The notes beneath the pieces are model-generated. The model was not told the DNA's origin, ran no database searches, and saw only the letters and a program-made list of their open reading frames with translations. The translations under genes and the position numbers were made by a program. Below are positions 38,459 to 48,396 of a stretch of 64,000 nt of DNA, piece by piece. This stretch comes from a virus: the IMG/VR virus record IMGVR_UViG_3300048015_000072, positions 37,057 through 101,056 of that record; one strand, given 5' to 3'. Numbering within the stretch: position 1 is the first letter of the stretch; each line of letters opens with the position of its first letter.

Positions 38459-38989
38459 GTGAAAATCGAATACCGGATGACTGTAGGAACTGACGAATTC
38501 AACATTACAATTGAAGCCGCCAATGAAAAAGAAGTTTTTGAAAAACTGAGCTTTTTTGCAAACATGCCGAAGACGGGACCCAACGGAGAAACCGATTTAA
38601 AACTTCGATTTAAACAGGTCGATGATTACACTTACTACAGTTTAGTGTCTGAACAAGCCGGTCAAGAATTTCGTTTTGGAATTTCCAAAAAAGACAAAAG
38701 TTTGTTTCCTAAAGGTTGGGAACCACTTTATGGTGCAACAACTTCCAGCAACGACAAAGTCAATGCTACTCCATCTACTTTTAAAAGACCCGCACCCGCT
38801 AAGGTTGAACAAGTCGAAACAGAAGAGCAGATGGATTTTCCGGAAGAATCTCCAGTTCAAACTAAGTCGCAACTTCAAAAAACCACCGCCGCAACTCCTG
38901 TAAATACACCAGCCCTCAATGCGTTGAAAAATCGCTTCGGTAGCGCCACAAAAACTAATACCCCCGATCTTTCAAAAAACAGGAGATAA
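38459..38989 (+). CDS. hypothetical protein (replication module)
   Basis: AAGGAG RBS; disordered C-terminus. Confidence 0.65.
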   Translation: MKIEYRMTVGTDEFNITIEAANEKEVFEKLSFFANMPKTGPNGETDLKLRFKQVDDYTYYSLVSEQAGQEFRFGISKKDKSLFPKGWEPLYGATTSSNDKVNATPSTFKRPAPAKVEQVETEEQMDFPEESPVQTKSQLQKTTAATPVNTPALNALKNRFGSATKTNTPDLSKNRR

Positions 38990-38992
38990 GAA

Positions 38993-39304
38993 ATGTCGCT
39001 CAAAAAAAATAATTTGGAAAACGAAACCAAAGCAAAAAAAGAATATCGCAACATCGGTTCTATGTGGGAATCAAAACAGTATGAAGGTCAGCACAACATC
39101 AAGTTTGATGACTTTAGCGGAGATCTTCTTTTTCAAGATAAAAAGACAAATACAATTTATAAAGTAAAAGCCGCTTCATTGTTTGCCCCACGTCCAGGAG
39201 CAAATGGAGTTCCTCCGGGACTCGTCTACAATCTCGTAGTTGACCTTACAAGCAGTTATCAGACTCAAGCTAAAATGGAAATTGACCAAGACGACGAAAC
39301 TTAG
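38993..39304 (+). CDS. hypothetical protein, possibly ssDNA-binding
   Basis: AGGAG RBS; beta-rich with acidic tail EIDQDDET. Confidence 0.5.
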   Translation: MSLKKNNLENETKAKKEYRNIGSMWESKQYEGQHNIKFDDFSGDLLFQDKKTNTIYKVKAASLFAPRPGANGVPPGLVYNLVVDLTSSYQTQAKMEIDQDDET

Positions 39305-39384
39305 CCTCCCGCCAGTTACTAAGTTTAATCTCGGACCTGAGCATGTCCCTAAAAGGCTCAAACTTTTTTTGAGGGGAGCAAAAA

Positions 39385-41349
39385 ATGGATACATTTCGTT
39401 TAATAAAACCAACCTGGGCTAAAAAGAAAATCAAAAATAAAGGCATCTTTGAGGACAATCCAGATTTTGTCCGGGAAATTATAGGTCCCGATGTTTTGGG
39501 TGATAAAAACTTTGACCTAGAGTACGTGACTGCCCAAAACGAAATTGGATACAACGTCTACTATTTCCCCAACTACTCCTCTAATCCACCAAACAACGAG
39601 TTTCTCCAAGGTTCCAATGTGGATGTATTTACCACGATTTTTATGGATATGGACCTTAAGGATGGAGAATATAAATCTAAAGAAGAATTTTACGAGGTTG
39701 TTTCTGGCTTTCCAATCAAGCCATCCTACACTTTGGATTCTGGGAATGGAGTCCACGTCTATTGGAATTGTACCGACCTAACTCGTGAAAAATATATGGA
39801 AGGACAGTTTCGCCTGATTCAAGCCTATAAGACAGACGCTTCGGTTTGGACCGTATTACAACTTATGCGTTACCCACTTTCTAAGAACACCAAAGACCCG
39901 AACAATTTCAAACAGACTACTTTCGTCCAAGAACTTACCTCGGGCGAGAGTTATAAAATTGAGGATATCCTTGCTCATCTTCCGGCACTTGATCCCCAAA
40001 ACAAAATTAAAATTGAGCGACACATTAATGCTTTAGAGGGTCGAGCTGACGTTACCGTTGATGAAACCCTCGACAAGAACGAACTTCCAGAGAAATTTAA
40101 AAAAGAATTAGAAATTAACAAAGAGATCAGCAATCTATTTTATAAGCCAGCAAAGACCGCCGGGGACCGATCAAGCGCAGATATGAAGCTTGCCAACTAT
40201 TTGTGGAACCTGGACTACGACCGCGACGAGGCTCTTCAGGTCATGCTTAATACCGAAAAAGCTCGGGGACGCACGGATCGCTTACAATACGCCCATACGA
40301 CGCTTGATAAGGTCTATAGCGACCGCGGAAAGTTTTTGGAGTTCTCGGCAGGGGATGCTTTAAAACACCTAGAAACGGTCCCAGAGCGCGGAAGACCCGT
40401 ACATGGTCCAAAGTATTGGGATGCGCTTACGAAGCCCTGGAGAACCACTCATTTACTAGGAATGATTGGTGGATCGGGTACGGGAAAAACCTCAACGACT
40501 CTTCAACTATTCAAATCATTTATTGAAAAGACACCAGGAGAAAAAGAAGTATTTTTATTCTTCAGTCTCGAAATGCCCCAAACTGAGATAATTGAACGCT
40601 GGGTTGATTTGACTGGCGGGGGCGACGAATACATGAATCGTTTTTACGTCATTGGAAATGAAGACTACGAAGGAAACCCACGAAACATTGGCCTTCAAGA
40701 AATCTACTGGTTCTGTCGAGATATTCAAAAAAACAAAGGTCAAAAAGTAAAAGCGATTGCAATTGATCACTTAACGATTCTCAGCCGTCACATCAATATG
40801 AAAAAGAACCCAACATTCAATGCAATGGGTGGGGGTAGAGAATACTCGCACGACGACAATGTGGTGTTAACCGCTCAAGCCATAGTTGCAAAGTTTAAAG
40901 ACTTTGCAAAACAGCTCGATTTGTTTGTGGTCCTTCAATCCCAGACTACCAAAGATAAAGACGGGGGTGGGGATTTACCACTTGGCAAAAACGCCGCTTA
41001 TGGAATTTCTGGTTTTGAATGGTATTGCGATTACATTATGACCTTCTGGCGTCCGATCAAACGTGTTCAGGATGATACCAATCTTAGAGTCATGGCGTGG
41101 CAATACGCCAAGATTCGACATACCCACAAAGACGATACTTGCTTCGAAGGCCAACCGTACCTTTTAGGTTTTAAGCCGGAGAATGGTGAGTTTTACAACT
41201 TATCAACAACCGAAGAATTAATCGTTAGGGACCTTACAGACAAAGCCAACAAGCTTCGAAAAATGGAAGAGAACAAACAGACCACTAACTACAAACTCAG
41301 TCCAGTCGGAAGAAGTCTTTCTAAACTTTATTCTGTGAAGAAGGGTTGA
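39385..41349 (+). CDS. primase-helicase fusion (RepB/AEP-type primase plus DnaB-like helicase)
   Basis: FMDMD, DSGNGVHVYW; GGSGTGKT, FFSLEM, IAIDHL. Confidence 0.85.
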   Translation: MDTFRLIKPTWAKKKIKNKGIFEDNPDFVREIIGPDVLGDKNFDLEYVTAQNEIGYNVYYFPNYSSNPPNNEFLQGSNVDVFTTIFMDMDLKDGEYKSKEEFYEVVSGFPIKPSYTLDSGNGVHVYWNCTDLTREKYMEGQFRLIQAYKTDASVWTVLQLMRYPLSKNTKDPNNFKQTTFVQELTSGESYKIEDILAHLPALDPQNKIKIERHINALEGRADVTVDETLDKNELPEKFKKELEINKEISNLFYKPAKTAGDRSSADMKLANYLWNLDYDRDEALQVMLNTEKARGRTDRLQYAHTTLDKVYSDRGKFLEFSAGDALKHLETVPERGRPVHGPKYWDALTKPWRTTHLLGMIGGSGTGKTSTTLQLFKSFIEKTPGEKEVFLFFSLEMPQTEIIERWVDLTGGGDEYMNRFYVIGNEDYEGNPRNIGLQEIYWFCRDIQKNKGQKVKAIAIDHLTILSRHINMKKNPTFNAMGGGREYSHDDNVVLTAQAIVAKFKDFAKQLDLFVVLQSQTTKDKDGGGDLPLGKNAAYGISGFEWYCDYIMTFWRPIKRVQDDTNLRVMAWQYAKIRHTHKDDTCFEGQPYLLGFKPENGEFYNLSTTEELIVRDLTDKANKLRKMEENKQTTNYKLSPVGRSLSKLYSVKKG

Positions 41350-44045
41350 TGAAATTCAATTTCTCGGACGATAATTACGTCAACACTGAAGAAAAGCTTT
41401 TGGCGTTAGATGCCCATCTCATGGATGGAGATAAGCCGAAGTTTGGTTTATTGGCATTTGATACGGAAACCAACGGACTTTATTTTCATAAAAACGTAAT
41501 TATTGGATTTTCCATTTCAACTGATTCTTCTTCAGGCTTTTACATACCCTTACTAGAATGGCAGCCGGATCTTAGCTCTTTAAAAAGTGTTTCAATACAA
41601 AAGAAGAAGCAAGAGGTTTACCAAAAAGGTTATTTTAAAGATGTATGGTCAGACGCTACTTATCCAGAAGATGTAAGCGGAAATGAGTATCAGCCTCCAG
41701 AATTCATCGTAGGGCTTCTACGCTCTTGGCTCGAAACTCCCAAAGTTAAATTAATAATGCACAACGCGCCTTTCGATTGCAACATGATCAAATACCATTT
41801 CAATGTGGATCTCGCTCAAAACCTGTTTGTTGATACGATTCTTTTAAAACACGTTCTCGACGAGAATACTCGACATGGCCTTAAAGAAACCGCAACTCAA
41901 TGGAGTTACAAACTAGGATTTAACGCCAACGAAGATGCCAAGAGAGAACAATTAAAACTTGGACAATCAATCATCAAAAATGGTGGGACTTTTAATTCAA
42001 AGACCAAAGAAGTTTGGCGCGGTGATCCCCTTATGGTCGCTAAGTATGGTGCTTCCGACACGGCCTTGACTTTTGGGTTGTACGAAGTCGGAATGCAAAT
42101 GTTTGAGGATCAATACACCCCAAAACACGTCAAATGGTTCTTTGAAGATGAGGTGATGCCCGTCTGTAAAGAAGTAGTTATTCCTATGCGGTACTGGGGC
42201 GTTTATATCGACGTTCCTTACTTCGAGAATTTGAAAGCAGAGACTCAAAAAGAAATGGACCGGATAGAGGATCAAATCCAACTAGAAATTAAGGATCTGA
42301 TCTCTGATTTCAATATAGGTTTATCCATGGAAGAAGCTGTTTCAGAAAAACGGCTTGTTGAAAAATTCATTGAATTAGAAAACCTCGAATATCCAACCCA
42401 AATCATTAAAGGTGAAATTAAAAAATCTTTGGCAAAGAAACCAGTTCAAGCAGCTTATGCAAAAGATCCCCATTGGGTTTGGGGTTATTTACTGGGTCTG
42501 GAAAACATCAAATACTCTCCCGTTAAACTGAATGAAATCAAAACACAGCTTTATGTGGAAGCTATCGAGCGTAGGTATCGGTTTAACATTAGATCTGCGG
42601 ATCATTTACGCTGGTTGTTTTGTAAAAAGCTAAAGCACGATCAGTACAAGCTTCCCCAAACGGATTCAGCTACCAAAGACAATCCGATTCCCAGCATGGC
42701 TGCTGAGGTATTGGAAGAGCATTTTATTGAGCACTCATTTGTTCGTTCGCTTTTGACTTTTAAAAAGCTTGATAAACTTTTGGGTACTTACATTTTCCCG
42801 GCATTGGAGCTTCACAATAATGGTTGGCTCCACATGGATATGAAACAACACGGAACCGTTTCCGGACGTTTCTCTTGTTCCGGAGGGTTCAATCTTCAGA
42901 CTCTTCCCAAGGTTGAAGAACTTGACCGATGTAGCAAGTGTGATTCGAAAAAAGTCAAAGTTTCAAACTCAATTAAATTGCTTGCCTCAGTTACTTGTTC
43001 GGAATGTGGGAATGTTAAAGAATCAGTGCTTTGCCCTTCAGCGATTAAAGCCGGATTTATTGCACCCCCCGGCCAGCAAATACTCAACGCCGATTACCAA
43101 GCTCTTGAGCCCAGATGCTTTTCTTATATGAGCGGAGACCCCAAGCTAAAGCAGGTCTACAAAGATGGTTTGGACATATACTCTAAAGTGTACATCGACA
43201 TGCTGGACCACGAAGGGAAATACTCAGCCCACCCGGACGATCCGAATTTTCTCAAAAAATTAAATAAGTCTGCAAGGGATCTTTTTAAGCCGGTTGTTCT
43301 TGGCATTCCCTACGGTAGTAGAGATTCACAGGTTGCAAACCTAATGGATTTGCGGGTCAAAAAACGAGTAAAAAATTACGAAGGTGAGTTTGAAGAAAAA
43401 GAGTTTCTAGATGTCGCCAAGGGTAAAGAGTATCGAGACTTGTACTTGGAGACCTATCCAAAGCTTAAAGAGTACATGGAACTTCGAGAGCTTGAGGCCA
43501 TCACAAAAGGCCATGTGGAAACAATCATAGGTCGAAGAAGGCATTTTGAATATGCTCCCTTTATTTACCAGCTTATTTCAGAATCGGGAGTTAGTGTTGA
43601 GGAATTTCTGGATGCTCGGGGTAAAGATATGGCCGGTGAATCGGCGATGAACGGACGACTCAAAAGAACGGGTCTGTATCAGTTTGGCCTCAAATACAAT
43701 ATCCCCTACCACGAAATACTTGAGCGCGAAGCATGGATCTATATCCGTAACCTATTCAAGAATGAGTTAAATAACGCTAAAAACGTGCCGATTCAAGGGC
43801 TTGCGGGACACATCACAAACCGTGCGATGTTGGATATGACCCGTCTGATGAAAACCCACGGAATTGAGGGCTACGTGTGCTTGCAGGTGCATGACGAAAT
43901 TACGGTTTACGCGGAAAAAGAAAAGGTTAAACAAGCACAGGGTTTATTAAAAATCGCTATGGAAAATAACCAATTTGCTTTACAATTAGATGTACCCATG
44001 GAAGCCAACCCAATAATTTGCGACAATTTAAAAGATTCAAAGTAG
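41346..44045 (+). CDS. polA: DNA polymerase family A with 3'-5' exonuclease
   Basis: FDTETNG, HNAPFD, TVSGRFS, NLQTLP, ADYQALE, KPVVLGIPYG, NVPIQG, QVHDE. Confidence 0.95.
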   Translation: MMKFNFSDDNYVNTEEKLLALDAHLMDGDKPKFGLLAFDTETNGLYFHKNVIIGFSISTDSSSGFYIPLLEWQPDLSSLKSVSIQKKKQEVYQKGYFKDVWSDATYPEDVSGNEYQPPEFIVGLLRSWLETPKVKLIMHNAPFDCNMIKYHFNVDLAQNLFVDTILLKHVLDENTRHGLKETATQWSYKLGFNANEDAKREQLKLGQSIIKNGGTFNSKTKEVWRGDPLMVAKYGASDTALTFGLYEVGMQMFEDQYTPKHVKWFFEDEVMPVCKEVVIPMRYWGVYIDVPYFENLKAETQKEMDRIEDQIQLEIKDLISDFNIGLSMEEAVSEKRLVEKFIELENLEYPTQIIKGEIKKSLAKKPVQAAYAKDPHWVWGYLLGLENIKYSPVKLNEIKTQLYVEAIERRYRFNIRSADHLRWLFCKKLKHDQYKLPQTDSATKDNPIPSMAAEVLEEHFIEHSFVRSLLTFKKLDKLLGTYIFPALELHNNGWLHMDMKQHGTVSGRFSCSGGFNLQTLPKVEELDRCSKCDSKKVKVSNSIKLLASVTCSECGNVKESVLCPSAIKAGFIAPPGQQILNADYQALEPRCFSYMSGDPKLKQVYKDGLDIYSKVYIDMLDHEGKYSAHPDDPNFLKKLNKSARDLFKPVVLGIPYGSRDSQVANLMDLRVKKRVKNYEGEFEEKEFLDVAKGKEYRDLYLETYPKLKEYMELRELEAITKGHVETIIGRRRHFEYAPFIYQLISESGVSVEEFLDARGKDMAGESAMNGRLKRTGLYQFGLKYNIPYHEILEREAWIYIRNLFKNELNNAKNVPIQGLAGHITNRAMLDMTRLMKTHGIEGYVCLQVHDEITVYAEKEKVKQAQGLLKIAMENNQFALQLDVPMEANPIICDNLKDSK

Positions 44046-44053
44046 GAGCACGA

Positions 44054-44713
44054 GTGAAAATGTTCATTGCGTTTACAGGTGTGAAACAAGCAGGAAAAAC
44101 CACATCTTTTGAAATCATCAAAGATATTTACCCCGAAGCGATTGAAATTACTTTGGCGGCAAAACTCAAAGATGTTTGTTCTCAAGTATTTGAAATTCCG
44201 CGTAAATATTTTGATGATCAAAATATTAAAGAAAAAGAACTTTTGCAGCCCGCGTATCTTTCTCGAGAGAACATTGAAGCGGTGATCCGGGGTTTTGGAT
44301 ACACTCCAGATTTTGAAAAACACGTCAGAGCCCACATTGGCCTGATTCTTCATACCCCGAGACAAATTGCTCAGTACATTGGAACCGAAGTATTGCGAGT
44401 GATTGATAACGATATTCACTGCATCGGCGCTACTCAAGGATTACCCGAAGAAGGCATTTTTGTTGTGACTGACATGAGATTTCCAAATGAATTTGCCTAT
44501 TTTCAAACGACGCAAACTGAGTTTTTCAAACCATTTTATATTTCAAATCGCCAAGCAGAATCAGCCCTTAATTCAAATTCGCACTCTTCCGAGACTAGCG
44601 TTCTTGAAATTGCAAAAAAATGTACGACTATCGATAACAATGGAAGCCTTGCTGATTTTCGAAAGAATGTAACCGAAGCAATCTCTGCATTGTTAATGGA
44701 AAGCGCCGGGTAG
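44054..44713 (+). CDS. deoxynucleoside monophosphate kinase
   Basis: GVKQAGKT, TPRQIAQYIGTEVLR, VVTDMRFPNE, HSSE. Confidence 0.88.
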   Translation: MKMFIAFTGVKQAGKTTSFEIIKDIYPEAIEITLAAKLKDVCSQVFEIPRKYFDDQNIKEKELLQPAYLSRENIEAVIRGFGYTPDFEKHVRAHIGLILHTPRQIAQYIGTEVLRVIDNDIHCIGATQGLPEEGIFVVTDMRFPNEFAYFQTTQTEFFKPFYISNRQAESALNSNSHSSETSVLEIAKKCTTIDNNGSLADFRKNVTEAISALLMESAG

Positions 44714-44715
44714 TT

Positions 44716-44988
44716 ATGGGTTTATTTTGGCTTAAGCATCCTAGAACCAAACAGCCCGATACCATGCTTACCATCGCCACATATTCAAGTGCGGCCTCAA
44801 TCTTCAAATTTTTAACCAATGGTGCAGAAATTCACTTTGGTACTACAGTATTACATCTAGGAACCATCGACGCGGGTATCATAAGTGCGCTTCTAGCACC
44901 AACTTTAACCTCTTACGTTGCACGTAAGTGGAAAGACTCCCCCGACAAGGTAACTCCAGATGGACCTACTAAAACAGATAGCAATTAA
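44716..44988 (+). CDS. small membrane protein, possible holin
   Basis: Two hydrophobic segments, charged C-terminus. Confidence 0.4.
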   Translation: MGLFWLKHPRTKQPDTMLTIATYSSAASIFKFLTNGAEIHFGTTVLHLGTIDAGIISALLAPTLTSYVARKWKDSPDKVTPDGPTKTDSN

Positions 44989-45943
44989 ATACATTTCTCA
45001 AATACTACTGATCATTACGTTGATCATCGTTGGAGTTTTTGCCTTTCGTTTGTATCAAGGTCGCAAAGCTGATCAAGGTCGCTTTCAAGAACTCATTGGA
45101 ACTGAAGACAAATACAAACAGTTAAACACCTACGTTGCACAATTGGAAAGCCAGTACAAATCTCAAGTGGCTTTAAATAAGCAGCTTGAGGCAAATTGGA
45201 AAGATGTTGTTAAACAAAAAGATGAGCAAATTAAATCTCTTTCAGAATCTAGTTACCTTGTAAAATCAGTTGAGGAAGACGACAAAAAGCCAGATTACAT
45301 TTACACAGAGCCCGGACCTCTCAAAGGTATGATTGTTAACGAGTTACGAATTAACGGTAAAGATAGTCCAGCAATTGGATATGTTGCAATAAAGGCGGAC
45401 GGAAGCACAAAAAAAGCCAATTACAAATTCGAGATAAAAGTAGAAAACGCAGAATTGGTTGATGAAGCTACGGGCAAGATTCGAGTGGTTTCTAAAGCTT
45501 TTTTAATAGCGGATGAAAATGGACTTGCCGATACCAAGCTTCCGGACATCAAAAAATGGCAAGGCATAGAATATCCCCTTCCAATTATTGGGGGGGATAT
45601 TTTGGTTGATCCTGTTCAAAGCTCTCAAACCAAGTCCTTTATGTACTGGGCCCCCCGCTTTGTGGCCGGTATGAATGCTGGAGTAGAATCCTCGCAAGCT
45701 ACTGTAAAGCCGGGCGTTGGATTCAGTGCGATGGGATATGGATTTTCAAAAAATGATCTTGATTATCGATTGCTCCAAGTTGGTTTTGATTTTGGAGACA
45801 AAGCCTCCAATCCCGGGATTAACTTTGTTCCAATATCGTTTAGACCCATTTCATCAATTTTACCAAACACGTATTTGGGTCCCGGCATCGGAGTTGACCA
45901 TACCGGAACTTTCTATTTCATAAATGTATCTTTTGGACTTTAA
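44960..45943 (+). CDS. membrane-anchored coiled-coil protein with C-terminal beta strands (spanin-like candidate)
   Basis: N-terminal TM, coiled coil, amphipathic strands ending YFINVSFGL. Confidence 0.5.
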   Translation: MDLLKQIAIKYISQILLIITLIIVGVFAFRLYQGRKADQGRFQELIGTEDKYKQLNTYVAQLESQYKSQVALNKQLEANWKDVVKQKDEQIKSLSESSYLVKSVEEDDKKPDYIYTEPGPLKGMIVNELRINGKDSPAIGYVAIKADGSTKKANYKFEIKVENAELVDEATGKIRVVSKAFLIADENGLADTKLPDIKKWQGIEYPLPIIGGDILVDPVQSSQTKSFMYWAPRFVAGMNAGVESSQATVKPGVGFSAMGYGFSKNDLDYRLLQVGFDFGDKASNPGINFVPISFRPISSILPNTYLGPGIGVDHTGTFYFINVSFGL

Positions 45944-45979
45944 TTAACCCTTGAGTTATTTAACCTTCTGATTTACACT
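45941..45979 (+). promoter_or_regulatory. sigma70-like promoter of the recombination operon with operators
   Basis: TTGAGT-N17-TACACT; TAATTAACCC 45941 and TATTTAACCT 45957. Confidence 0.6.
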
Positions 45980-46006
45980 GAATTTGTCTTCAAATCAGGA
46001 GTTTCA

Positions 46007-46192
46007 ATGGCAAAAGATAGATCAACCGACTTGAGCAAATATCTAGCTCATTTACAAATTCGCTTGAATCAAGCTGTCCCCGAAAAACACAAGCATCGCC
46101 CCGATGTTTTTAAAAATTGGTTGAAGCTTGAGATTCGTCGGACCAACGCAAAACTTGAAGAATTTGAGTTAAATAACCCAGGAAAGAAATAA
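46007..46192 (+). CDS. hypothetical protein
   Basis: AGGAG RBS. Confidence 0.6.
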   Translation: MAKDRSTDLSKYLAHLQIRLNQAVPEKHKHRPDVFKNWLKLEIRRTNAKLEEFELNNPGKK

Positions 46193-46578
46193 TGGACGAA
46201 CTCAAATTCAAAATCGACAGTTGCGCGGGACTACTTGCTACCGACAAAGCAGTAAGTCAAAGAGAGGCCGAAAAACGAGCTGGAGCGTTCCTGGAAATAC
46301 TCGCTCACATTGTTAACGGAATAGATACTTTGTCAGACGAAAAAATTAAAGCGCAAAGCCTTCAAGCCGTTGTGTTTGCTCAAACGATGGCACTCGATAC
46401 CACTAAGGGTGTAACTGAAAAGAAAATCAACGTAGAAGCCAATCCAGATTACATCACCGCAAGAGAACATCTCGAGGGCGTTGAAAACGACCTTACCTAT
46501 TTAAAAACTTATTTTAAAATATTTGAAAACGGACATCTGTTTTATCGTCAACTCGCAAAGGCTGAATACAATGGCTAA
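46192..46578 (+). CDS. UvsY-like recombination mediator
   Basis: Helical 128 aa, VEANPDY motif, directly upstream of the recombinase. Confidence 0.45.
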   Translation: MDELKFKIDSCAGLLATDKAVSQREAEKRAGAFLEILAHIVNGIDTLSDEKIKAQSLQAVVFAQTMALDTTKGVTEKKINVEANPDYITAREHLEGVENDLTYLKTYFKIFENGHLFYRQLAKAEYNG

Positions 46579-47440
46579 ATTTGACATGGCAAGTATCGCC
46601 ACAAAAATGCAAAAGAAGTTTGAAGCAAAGGGCTCAAATAAGACTCGAAAAATTGGAGTCGGTAATGATCTCCGCGGGCTTACTGAAAAAGATTTTATTG
46701 TAATGCCGGAATGGTGGAAGGCTGCAACTAACACACCGGGAATTCCATTTGGAAAAATAGTGATGATTGCGGGTGATTCTGACTCGGGTAAAACTTCAGG
46801 AGCCATTGAAGCAATGAAGGCTGCCCAGGCTCAAGGGGTTGGGGTAATTTACGTTGAAACAGAGGGTAAGACCACTACAAAAGATTTAGAAAATTGGGGA
46901 GTAGATCCATCCCAAATATTTTTAGTTCAATCCTCGATTGCTGAAGAGACTTTCGAACTATTGTTTGAGGCTTGGGATAGCTTTAAAGATAAATACCCAG
47001 ATTCAAACCTACTCGTGGTATTTGATTCTATTGGCAATACTGTGTCCATGCGCGATACCGAAATTGATCTGACAGAGCAAAATCAGAAGCCCGGCGGAAA
47101 AGGTCAAATCAATCGTTTGGGAATTAACAAAATGATTGCCAAGCGCGACGAAGATAACGTGGCAATTTACATGGTCAATTATACTTACGATAATTTAGGA
47201 TCTCCGGGAAAAACAAACGCTGGCGGTAAAGCTGTAAATTTCTTTTCGTCTCTGACGTACCAAACTTCGAGAAAACGCTGGCTTGAAAAAACTGTCAAGG
47301 GCGTAAAACAACGAGTTGGTGCTGAAGTAGTTTGGAAGTTATTTAAAAACCACATCGACAAATCCAATCCCGGTCCAAAAGAAGTTATTCTTCAAATAAC
47401 AGCCGAAGGTATAAAATTCGTAACCGGCTCCGAGGACTAA
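46571..47440 (+). CDS. recA: RecA/UvsX-like recombinase
   Basis: GIPFGK, GDSDSGKT, VVFDSI, AGGKAVNFFSS. Confidence 0.88.
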   Translation: MAKFDMASIATKMQKKFEAKGSNKTRKIGVGNDLRGLTEKDFIVMPEWWKAATNTPGIPFGKIVMIAGDSDSGKTSGAIEAMKAAQAQGVGVIYVETEGKTTTKDLENWGVDPSQIFLVQSSIAEETFELLFEAWDSFKDKYPDSNLLVVFDSIGNTVSMRDTEIDLTEQNQKPGGKGQINRLGINKMIAKRDEDNVAIYMVNYTYDNLGSPGKTNAGGKAVNFFSSLTYQTSRKRWLEKTVKGVKQRVGAEVVWKLFKNHIDKSNPGPKEVILQITAEGIKFVTGSED

Positions 47441-47441
47441 G

Positions 47442-48395
47442 GTGAAATACACCATCGTTGGTGATCCTCATATTAGGCCGGACAATCTTGATAAGGCCAA
47501 ATTGCTTTTTCAGTTGATTGAGGACATGGGCAATCCCGTCATAGTACTTGGAGATACTTTCGATACCAAAGAAATCATTCGGGGCAAATGCCTGAACCTC
47601 GTTTATAACGCTGTAAAAGCCTCAAGGCTCGATTGGATCTTTTTGGTGGGTAATCATGACCTATTCAATCTCCAAGAGCCTGAACACTCCCTAGAGCTTT
47701 TAAAAGAACTCCCCAATGTAACGATTGCGGACAAACCAATGACTCGTCCCGGATTCTTTTTTATGCCGTACATTCACGACGTGCCTACCCTTAAATCAGT
47801 CTTGAGCTACATCCCGGATGAAGCCGTTGTTGTGGGACACTTTGCAGTTAAAAACTTTGATTACGGAAATGGCTTTATTTCAGAAGACGAGTTGGAGTTA
47901 AAAGACTTAGCTCGATTCCGAAGAGTGATATCAGGCCATTTTCACAAGTTTCAAGAACAGGGCAATTTAATTTATTTGGGAACTCCGTTTTCCCACAGTT
48001 TTGGAGAATCGAATCAGAAAAAGCATTTGGGCGTTTTTGACAACGAAACCTCGGAGATGTCGTATTTCCCTACCCCCTTCCCCGCACACATAACGATTGA
48101 AATAAATTGCTCAAAAGATTCAGAAGACAGTCCAGAATGGGTTTTAAGCTTTCTTGATAGTTTCAATCACAACCGGGTTATTTTGACGGGTTCCCAAGTC
48201 GAAATAGATAAAGTTGATAAAACCAAATTTCCATTTGTGAAATTTATCGAAAAGCCGAACAAACACATTCTGGAAAAGTCGCAGTTACTCAAAGAAGAAG
48301 ACTCAAACGAAGTGAAATTTAAAAAATGGGCATCCGAAGTCGCCAAACTAGAACCCAAAACCATTGAACTTGGTTTGGAATACCTAAGAGGTTAA
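47442..48395 (+). CDS. SbcD/Mre11-like nuclease
   Basis: GDPH, LGDTFD, GNHD, SGHFH, YLGTP. Confidence 0.9.
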   Translation: MKYTIVGDPHIRPDNLDKAKLLFQLIEDMGNPVIVLGDTFDTKEIIRGKCLNLVYNAVKASRLDWIFLVGNHDLFNLQEPEHSLELLKELPNVTIADKPMTRPGFFFMPYIHDVPTLKSVLSYIPDEAVVVGHFAVKNFDYGNGFISEDELELKDLARFRRVISGHFHKFQEQGNLIYLGTPFSHSFGESNQKKHLGVFDNETSEMSYFPTPFPAHITIEINCSKDSEDSPEWVLSFLDSFNHNRVILTGSQVEIDKVDKTKFPFVKFIEKPNKHILEKSQLLKEEDSNEVKFKKWASEVAKLEPKTIELGLEYLRG

Positions 48396-48396
48396 A

